From Sinorhizobium meliloti (lineage in GTDB: Bacteria > Pseudomonadota > Alphaproteobacteria > Rhizobiales > Rhizobiaceae), in assembly GCF_017876815.1 (NCBI RefSeq), contig NZ_JAGIOS010000003.1:780001-812000 (forward strand): DNA of 32,000 nt. Direction: 5' to 3'. The translations under genes and the position numbers were made by a program. The first letter of the stretch is position 1. Every line of letters starts with the position of its first letter. Of this stretch, positions 7,588-14,241 are shown piece after piece. A model generated the notes under the pieces. The model ran no database searches, was not told the origin of the DNA, and was given only the letters and a program-made list of their open reading frames with translations.

Positions 7588-7765
7588 AAACGGATGACGC
7601 GGCCCTGATCGAGGAAGGGGCGGACTGCGTGCGGCTGCCCATCCCCGACATTATGATGCCGTCCGACAAGGTCGACGGATAAGAGCGAGAGTTGGCCGCG
7701 CGGTCAAGCCGAAACCTCCGATCTTCTGGTCGCGCTGCCCGCCAAAAATCAATCCGGAGCGCCCC

Positions 7766-9847
7766 ATGAATAGCGTACAACCCATTCGAATTGGTTTTCT
7801 GCTGCTGGCCGTCGCTCCAATCCTCTTTTGGATGCTGCTTGGAGTTTCCTGGGCACAGCAGGCTCCCGTCGGCGTGCCGCCCGAAAAGGCACAACAGTTC
7901 CTCGATCTGCTCTCGGATCCGGAGGTGAAGACATGGCTCGAGGGTAAGATCCCTTCGGCTGCCGCGGAGCCCCCTGCTGGGTCGCCCGTCGAGACGATAT
8001 CGAGCTGGGAGGCCGCCATCCGCGATCGCTTTAATGGGCTTATGGGCGCAGTTCCCCGCATACCAGAGGAGCTGGCAAGCGGCGCCGCTGTTGTCTCGCG
8101 CGACGTGAACTCGGGCAGGCCCGGGCTGGTGGTCAGCATATTTGCCGTTCTGATTGCCGTTGGCCTCGGCGCCGAGTGGCTGATCCCGAGGGTCTTCGCC
8201 CGGGCACGCAAATCCGGGGCAAACGAGAACGCCGGACAAGAGATCCTGTCCGAGATCGCTGCCTTGCTGACGTTTGCCTTGGCCAGCGTCGGTTCATTCC
8301 TGGCATTCGAATGGCCGCCCTTACTGCGTAAGATCATCCTTACGCTGCTTCTAGCTTTTATCGTGTTTCGGGTCGTCCGAGCGATCGGCAAGTTGCTGTT
8401 TGCCTTGAGCGGCGCCAGCGGCATTGCCGATCAGCCGCCGTCAGCTTTTGAAAGCGATGCGGCCCGTCGTTTCTGGCTTTCGCGGATCAGCATTATTGCC
8501 GGGTTTCTTCTATTCGGCTGGGCCATCGTCAGTCTCATGCCCGCTTTGAGCTTCTCCAATGAGGTGACCCGGCTTGCTGCCTTTCTGTTCGGGTTGGGCA
8601 TTCTGGTAACCGCAGTCGAGGTCGTCTGGCGGCGCCCCGACAAGCCGGCTCCGCTTGTCGTCAAGTCACTGCTTACCCTCTATCTAGTCGTGCTTTGGTC
8701 GGCTTGGGTAGCGGGATTGCTAGGACTGCTGTGGCTGGGCATCTATTCGCTGCTCTTACCGCCTCTGGTGCGCGGCGTTGGCGACGTGGCGCAGGCCTTA
8801 GCGACCAGACAGCGCACCGGCCCTCCCGGCATCGTACTGAGCGTGGTCATAGTCAGGGGTGCCAGGGCAGCGGTGATCGCCGCCGCGGTCGCATGGCTCG
8901 CCTACATCTGGCGCATCAGAGCTGCAGCCCTCGCCGGCAGCGAACCCGGCGCGATCGTGATACCGGGATTGCTCAACGGTATCATCGCCCTCTTGGTCGC
9001 CGACCTGCTTTGGCAGATGTCAAAGGCGTTAATCGCTTATCGGATGGGACTTGGGCCGAAGGACGGTTCCAACGTCGATGAACTCGCCCGCAGCGGCCGG
9101 TTACGGACGCTCTTGCCGATATTCCGCAACGTGCTCGCTGTCTTCATCGGTGCCGTTACCGTGCTGACGATCCTGTCCGGACTGGGCGTGCAGATTGCAC
9201 CGTTGATCGCCGGGGCGGGTATTTTCGGCGTCGCTATCGGATTCGGATCGCAGACGCTGGTCAAGGACGTCCTGAGCGGCGTTTTCTACATGCTCGACGA
9301 TGCCTTCCGTGTCGGTGAGTACATCCAGAGCGGCAGCTACAAGGGCACGGTCGAATCGTTCAGCCTGCGGTCGGTCAGGCTGCGGCATCACCGCGGCCCG
9401 ATCTTCACAGTGCCGTTCGGCGAGCTGGGGGCCGTTCAGAACATGAGCCGCGACTGGGTGATCGACAAGATGACTCTCAACGTCACTTACGATGCCGACG
9501 TAGACCTCGCACGGAAGCTCATCAAGAAGGTCGGCCAGGAGCTGGCTGCGGATCCGGAGTTCGCGGCCGACACGATTGAGCCCTTGAAGATGCAGGGCGT
9601 CGACAGCTTCGGCGACTTTGCGATCGTGCTCAGGATGAAGCTGATGACCAAACCGGGCGCGCAGTTCACTATAAAGCGACGAGCCTTCATGATGATCAAG
9701 AAGGCATTTGATGAGAACGGCATCAAGATCGCGGTTCCAACCGTTCATGTCTCGGGAGGAAGCGACAACGCCGCCGCCGCGCAGCAAGCGCTCAACATGA
9801 GCAAGGCCGCCGAACTGGCGGCGAACAAGGCACCTGTAGGCCTTTAA
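7766..9847 (+). CDS. Large MscS-family mechanosensitive channel with signal peptide and N-terminal multi-TM extension, 693 aa
   Basis: The C-terminal third carries the MscS core (GIFGVAIGFGSQTLVKDVLSGVFYMLDDAFRVGEYI..., beta-domain SVRLRHHRGPIFTVPFGEL). The N-terminus MNSVQPIRIGFLLLAVAPILFWMLLGVSWAQQ is signal-like. GGAG lies 7 nt upstream. Confidence 0.85.
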   Translation: MNSVQPIRIGFLLLAVAPILFWMLLGVSWAQQAPVGVPPEKAQQFLDLLSDPEVKTWLEGKIPSAAAEPPAGSPVETISSWEAAIRDRFNGLMGAVPRIPEELASGAAVVSRDVNSGRPGLVVSIFAVLIAVGLGAEWLIPRVFARARKSGANENAGQEILSEIAALLTFALASVGSFLAFEWPPLLRKIILTLLLAFIVFRVVRAIGKLLFALSGASGIADQPPSAFESDAARRFWLSRISIIAGFLLFGWAIVSLMPALSFSNEVTRLAAFLFGLGILVTAVEVVWRRPDKPAPLVVKSLLTLYLVVLWSAWVAGLLGLLWLGIYSLLLPPLVRGVGDVAQALATRQRTGPPGIVLSVVIVRGARAAVIAAAVAWLAYIWRIRAAALAGSEPGAIVIPGLLNGIIALLVADLLWQMSKALIAYRMGLGPKDGSNVDELARSGRLRTLLPIFRNVLAVFIGAVTVLTILSGLGVQIAPLIAGAGIFGVAIGFGSQTLVKDVLSGVFYMLDDAFRVGEYIQSGSYKGTVESFSLRSVRLRHHRGPIFTVPFGELGAVQNMSRDWVIDKMTLNVTYDADVDLARKLIKKVGQELAADPEFAADTIEPLKMQGVDSFGDFAIVLRMKLMTKPGAQFTIKRRAFMMIKKAFDENGIKIAVPTVHVSGGSDNAAAAQQALNMSKAAELAANKAPVGL

Positions 9848-9859
9848 CCTTAAACCATG

Positions 9860-9890
9860 ATGATTTTGGATTGAATCAATTCAAAATCAT
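9860..9890. repeat. 31-bp AT-rich palindrome ATGATTTTGGATTGA-A-TCAATTCAAAATCAT (14/15 arm match)
   Basis: Read directly. It starts 13 nt after the MscS stop codon. No U-tract follows on either strand. Confidence 0.7.
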
Positions 9891-9912
9891 ACGTGCGATG
9901 GACTCTCATAAT
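9871..9912 (+). promoter_or_regulatory. Candidate class-II FixK/FNR promoter: TTGAATCAATTCAA (TTGA-N6-TCAA core 8/8), 22 nt, then CATAAT
   Basis: Box 9871-9884 and -10-like CATAAT 9907-9912, with exactly the 22-nt spacing expected for a -41.5 site. The predicted TSS is about 9919 on the plus strand. No convincing ORF lies downstream. Confidence 0.45.
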
Positions 9913-10513
9913 TTCGAGCGTAAACGCGCAAGCGGCCCCACGTCGCGTGACCGCTTATGCTAGGGGCGGGAAGCAGGGCGGAAAACTGCTGTCCCGCTCT
10001 GGTTTCGGGGCTTCGTCGCGGCTGATCGGGGCGATCGACCTCGCCTTGCACTTGGAGTGGTAGGCGCTCGCACGCGGAACGCCTTCGTCGCAGCGCGCGC
10101 CAGATTTCAGGCGCACACTCGCGTCCGCTCGATCGCCGCCTTGGTCTGGCCGAAAGACATTCGTCGCCCGCTGCAACTATGCGATCCAGAGCAACGCACT
10201 GGTGCGTAACGAATTCGAAACGCGCCGCAGGGACGTTCTCGAGTGATTTCGCCGCACGTTCGACGATAAACATGCCCGCTTTGAAAAACTTGGGTCGGAC
10301 AGCTCTCCTTTTGAGGGAAAGGCGAACACTCGCAAAGTTCGCATGCGGTAATACACCATCCCCCGCGTGCGGGCTAATCCTGTCGTTCGGCTGCATTGTT
10401 TGCTTAGATGGGAACTGATTCAAGGAAACATGCAGCAATTCAAGATGCTACAACGCCCCTTGTGCGTCTGATAAGGCGCTGGGCGCTTGGCAGCGACGCA
10501 TCGTCGAGCCGGC

Positions 10514-11212
10514 CTAGTCTACCGGTCTAAACTCCTCGCCAACGCTCTTCCAGACGATCCCGGCGATTGCTGCACCGAAAAGCGGCGCAATCCAGAAGAG
10601 CCAGAGTTGGGAAAGCGCCCAGCCGCCGACGAACAGCGCCTGTCCGGTCGAGCGCGCCGGGTTCACCGAGGTATTGGTGACCGGGATGGAGACAAGATGG
10701 ATCAAGGTGAGAGCGAGGCCGATCGCAATCGGCGCGAAGCCCGCTGGCACCCGACGATGCGTCGAGCCGAGAATGATGATGAGGAAGAAGAATGTCATCA
10801 CGACCTCCGTGACGAGCGCTGCCGTCAGCGAATAGCCACCCGGCGAGTGCTCGCCGTAGCCGTTCGCGGCGAAGCTCCCCAGCTGGAAATCCGCCTTGCC
10901 GGTAGCAATCACGTAAAGCACCGCGGCAGCAATGATCGCGCCTGCGACCTGCGCGATGACGTAGCTGACCAGGCTGGCGGCCGGAACTCTGCCGGCCACG
11001 GCAAGCCCCAGCGACACGGCAGGATTGAAATGCCCGCCGGAAATTCCGCCGACCGTATATGCCATGGTCAGAACAGTGAGACCGAATGCGAAGGAGACCC
11101 CGAGCAAGCCGATGCCAACCTGCGGAAATGCGGAGGCAAGCACCGCACTACCGCAACCGCCGAGAACAAGCCAACACGTCCCGAGAAATTCTGCACAAAG
11201 CTTCTTGAACAT
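10514..11212 (-). CDS. aqpZ: Aquaporin Z, 232 aa
   Basis: ORF trimmed to ATG 11210-11212 ([12 protein letters not shown]...) with GGAG 8 nt upstream. Two NPA boxes are present (HFNPAVS, VNPARS). Typical AqpZ length. Confidence 0.9.
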   Translation of the reverse strand: MFKKLCAEFLGTCWLVLGGCGSAVLASAFPQVGIGLLGVSFAFGLTVLTMAYTVGGISGGHFNPAVSLGLAVAGRVPAASLVSYVIAQVAGAIIAAAVLYVIATGKADFQLGSFAANGYGEHSPGGYSLTAALVTEVVMTFFFLIIILGSTHRRVPAGFAPIAIGLALTLIHLVSIPVTNTSVNPARSTGQALFVGGWALSQLWLFWIAPLFGAAIAGIVWKSVGEEFRPVD

Positions 11213-11392
11213 GAAATTCTCCCCCGGAATCCGCTCCACGGTGGCTTAACTGTCGCCGATGCAAGAACGCTTTATTTGAATCAGTTTCGTTTTCGCGAAC
11301 AACCGTTGTTTTGCGAGTGCATTGAGCTCCGCCTGCGCTGCAAGGAGGCGCTCCAGCGAGACCCGTTCTGAGCGGTGGTCGAAAGCGCGTCA

Positions 11393-11602
11393 CTAGCAAT
11401 TATAGACACCCGCGGCACAGCGCCGGGTCGTTCGCCGAGCGACACCGGCCACACTAACAGGGGTCAGCGGCCGACCAACTCTGGCAACGGCAGAAGAGAC
11501 GAGACTGGGGATCGAAACAATTGACTGGTCCCGCGCAAGATCACCGATGCAAAGTCCTGCCCAGGTGAGAGAGATGATTAGCATGCGTTTACAAAAGGTC
11601 AT
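11393..11602 (-). CDS. Small hypothetical secreted/membrane peptide, 69 aa, translationally coupled to the upstream gene
   Basis: Its ATG overlaps the TGA of the OmpA/DUF2092 gene (ATGA at 11599-11602). The N-terminus MTFCKRMLIISLTWAGLCIG is hydrophobic and the C-terminus is Arg- and Cys-containing. No family recognised. Confidence 0.4.
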   Translation of the reverse strand: MTFCKRMLIISLTWAGLCIGDLARDQSIVSIPSLVSSAVARVGRPLTPVSVAGVARRTTRRCAAGVYNC

Positions 11603-12861
11603 TTTCCCCCTCCTCCTACAAAATTCTCCGGCAATTCGCCTAGGGTACCCTTCAGGTCGTTAACATCGATCTTTTCGGCATCAGTCGGGTTCTTGAAGCT
11701 AAAATCACCCAGCGTAACCCCATCCCCAGACTTCCAATCCCTGATCTGGACGCTGTATTCCGGTCCACCCTTGACCAGTCTGGAAGTAATGACCAAGCGG
11801 CATGGGTGAGGTTGTGCTCCTTGTGCGACCCAGATCTGAAAATCCACATCGTCCTTGCGGAAGGCGAGCGAATCGCACTCGGCACCATTGATGACGCCGC
11901 TTCCCAGGTCTTTCGAATCGTAAACACCCTGGATTAGCTCGTCATATGCATTGGTCAACAACAAGTCGGCGGCAGGCAAGGGCAATCCATACTTGTCCTT
12001 CAACTCGTCTACAAGATGATCGACCGTGCCGGGGATTTCGACTTGTGTATACTTATTGACGTTCTTTCCCAGAAGCGTAAGCGTCTTACCATCGAAAAGG
12101 GACTCGACATCGACAAAGCCGCCGGAACGGGTCGTGTGCACCTTGTCCGGCCGGCTGAGGGTCACAGTCCCTGAACTCGCCAGCCCGAGTTTTTGATCAC
12201 TGTTGGTGACAACCTGTAGATTTGCATCGTACGCGAACGATATCGCTTTCTGGGCTGCCAAATAATCAGACATGGCCTTGAGCAGCTTCTTGGCTTCGGC
12301 CGAGTCGGTGAACCTCATGAGCTCGACCCGACGGTTGAGCGCTTTTCCTTCATCGGTCTCATTGCTAGCAATCGGCCGGCTCTGCCCAGCGCCCGCCGCC
12401 AGCAACTTGCCGGCATCGATCCCTCGTTCGACCAGCGCGGCCTTGATCGTGTTGGCACGCTCAAGTGAAAGACGTTCATTGCTCTCTGCACTGCCGCTTG
12501 CGTCAGTATGGCCGACAATTCTCAAGCTCCAATCAGGGAAGTTCTTGAGCGCGGTCGCTATATCATCGAGAAGCGGCTTCGCACCTGGTTGTAATGTTGA
12601 CTGGCCGGTGTCGAAGCTTAGGCCATGGACATCGTACTGCTCTCTGGTTTGCAAGGCCTGCTGCATGGATTCTTTGCTGTACTGCTTGACCGGGTCTGCC
12701 ACGCTTTGTGACCAGCACGGGACATTAGTGGCCGCCACAAGGGCGCCCGCCATGAGCAGTTTTCGAGCAACGCCCTCACATAGCGATGCATTTCGGCCAG
12801 ATTTTCGCCAGCGCAGGTCGTATTTGCTGTCTCCGAAAATCGTAATGTGTGCGTTTGACAT
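11599..12861 (-). CDS. Fusion protein: N-terminal OmpA_C-like peptidoglycan-binding domain plus C-terminal DUF2092 (LolA-like periplasmic) domain, 420 aa
   Basis: The OmpA-C signature is LRIVGHTDASGSAESNERLSLERANTIKAALVERGI...NRRVEL. The C-terminal 240 aa or so (KKLLKAMSDYLAAQKAISFAYDANLQVV...PCRLVITS...) matches my memory of DUF2092 proteins. AAGGA lies 8 nt upstream of ATG 12861. A hydrophobic segment at residues 34-50 is a signal peptide or anchor. Confidence 0.75.
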   Translation of the reverse strand: MSNAHITIFGDSKYDLRWRKSGRNASLCEGVARKLLMAGALVAATNVPCWSQSVADPVKQYSKESMQQALQTREQYDVHGLSFDTGQSTLQPGAKPLLDDIATALKNFPDWSLRIVGHTDASGSAESNERLSLERANTIKAALVERGIDAGKLLAAGAGQSRPIASNETDEGKALNRRVELMRFTDSAEAKKLLKAMSDYLAAQKAISFAYDANLQVVTNSDQKLGLASSGTVTLSRPDKVHTTRSGGFVDVESLFDGKTLTLLGKNVNKYTQVEIPGTVDHLVDELKDKYGLPLPAADLLLTNAYDELIQGVYDSKDLGSGVINGAECDSLAFRKDDVDFQIWVAQGAQPHPCRLVITSRLVKGGPEYSVQIRDWKSGDGVTLGDFSFKNPTDAEKIDVNDLKGTLGELPENFVGGGGK

Positions 12862-13383
12862 CGGCTAAATCCTTCTCACGACTTGTGAATCTGGCTACCG
12901 AGCACTAAATTCTTTATATTCTGGAACACGACATACTGGAAAGGAAAGTAATCTTAGCAGGCGTTCGGCAAGAAGTGTAGTACATTATTCAAACTGTTGA
13001 AGTTCGCGTGGGTGTGAACCGCGCCAGGTTGGCCGAAATTTTCTCATCGTTCTTCGCCTGGTTGGGGCGAATGAGGACCAAGATAGTGAGCGCAGCTGCT
13101 GGGGACCTGAAACATGCCTATGGTTTTTTCTGAGCGCCGCCACCGACGGAAAGCTCCCCTATGGATATCATGTCCGACCCATAGCAAAGCGTCACCGGCG
13201 CAAAGCGGCAAGACGGACCCGAAGAAATGCCAGCGGACTTACTGCATGTTTCCCCAAGTCGTATCCGATTAAAAGATTGCAAAGTGCTGAAGCGACCCGT
13301 GTGGGCTCAATATGGGACGGCGGCGCTGTGGGTCTAAGCCAGTCAGCAATCGCTTCCAGAGCGGCGAGCTTTCTGACTGAATT

Positions 13384-13545
13384 TTATGGGGTGCCCGTAA
13401 CGCAGAGCGAATTGCCGAACGCGTCGAATGGTAGGATATCCGATGGCTGGCCGGCGAAGGCGTGGACCACGGACTGCAGGAAGGGCATGAAGGCGGCGAC
13501 CAGCGCCAGCGCCGGGCTCAATCCCGTCCGTTCTCTCGCCATCAT
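13384..13545 (-). CDS. Possible unannotated 53-aa ORF (MMARERTGLSPALALVAAFMPFLQSVVHAFAGQPSDILPFDAFGNSLCVTGTP)
   Basis: Below the ORF-track length cutoff. GGAG lies 5 nt upstream of the ATGATG. One hydrophobic helix. No family recognised. It could equally be a gene remnant. Confidence 0.2.
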   Translation of the reverse strand: MMARERTGLSPALALVAAFMPFLQSVVHAFAGQPSDILPFDAFGNSLCVTGTP

Positions 13546-13685
13546 CCATTCTCCATTCTGGCGCTGCGATTACAAATAGACGAGCCTCCGGAACCCACCA
13601 TTGTTCCAGATCAACAACCGTGGGTGTCGTAGAGATATCCGCCTTCGCCGCGGCCAATTGATAGGCGGCAAAGTGATTGCGGCTG

Positions 13686-13997
13686 TCATCCGTCAACTTG
13701 CTTGGGCACTCTGACCCCACGCATGACGCCAATCGCAGCTCCCACAGTCCCCCCGGCGACCACGCCCGCAGAACCGCCAGCAAGGACCGCAATCAGGCAA
13801 TTGAGGACGGCAGCCCCGAAAGCGGAATCCGACAGGAAAACGATACCGGCGACGAGTCCGACCAGAGCGCCGATCGCTCCAAGGGCAATTGCAAACAGGG
13901 TGACGGACTCCGACGGATCAATCTGCCGGTCGGGAACCTCTTTCTGTGTCGGATCTGGCCCCTGAGTGGCCCGCTGGCGTTCATCCGTGTTTGGCAT
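13686..13997 (-). CDS. Glycine-zipper-type small membrane protein, 103 aa (orf103)
   Basis: ATG 13995-13997 with GGAG 8 nt upstream, overlapping the fixS 3' end by 17 nt. Two Gly/Ala-rich helices (LFAIALGAIGALVGLVAGIVFL; VLAGGSAGVVAGGTVGAAIGVM). Confidence 0.5.
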   Translation of the reverse strand: MPNTDERQRATQGPDPTQKEVPDRQIDPSESVTLFAIALGAIGALVGLVAGIVFLSDSAFGAAVLNCLIAVLAGGSAGVVAGGTVGAAIGVMRGVRVPKQVDG

Positions 13998-14241
13998 TGG
14001 ATACTCCGGAGTAGAGCTTCGATTCACCGTCCTCTTTCGGGGAACGCTGGCGTCTGCTGGCAGTTCCGTCCCGGTCCGGGTCCGGCAACGGTCCCTCGTC
14101 CTCCTCATCGTCCAGCAGGATCCTCTCGGCCGCTCCGTCGAGATCATCGTACTGCCCGGAGCGCAGCGACCAGAAGAATGCCAGTAGTCCGACGAAGCCC
14201 ATCGCCAAGGCAACCGGGACGAGGAGAGCAAGATAATTCAT
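13981..14241 (-). CDS. fixS: cbb3 oxidase maturation protein FixS/CcoS with an extended acidic C-terminus, 86 aa
   Basis: MNYLALLVPVALAMGFVGLLAFFWSLRSGQYDDLDGAAERILLDD is the CcoS signature. ATGA overlap with the fixI stop (14238-14241). Confidence 0.8.
   Translation of the reverse strand: MNYLALLVPVALAMGFVGLLAFFWSLRSGQYDDLDGAAERILLDDEEDEGPLPDPDRDGTASRRQRSPKEDGESKLYSGVSNAKHG

Noticed and set aside
9887-10438. A 183-aa minus-strand ORF, plus overlapping 60-79-aa ORFs, in the MscS-aqpZ spacer.
   Set aside because: No recognisable motifs and no SD. The composition is Arg/Ser-rich. Several mutually overlapping frames are open, which argues for chance ORFs or a heavily decayed pseudogene. Left unannotated.
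12989-13002. TTCAA-ACTG-TTGAA upstream of the OmpA/DUF2092 gene, considered as an anaerobox.
   Set aside because: The half-sites are in the wrong relative orientation (TCAA...TTGA instead of TTGA...TCAA). It is only a small palindrome.
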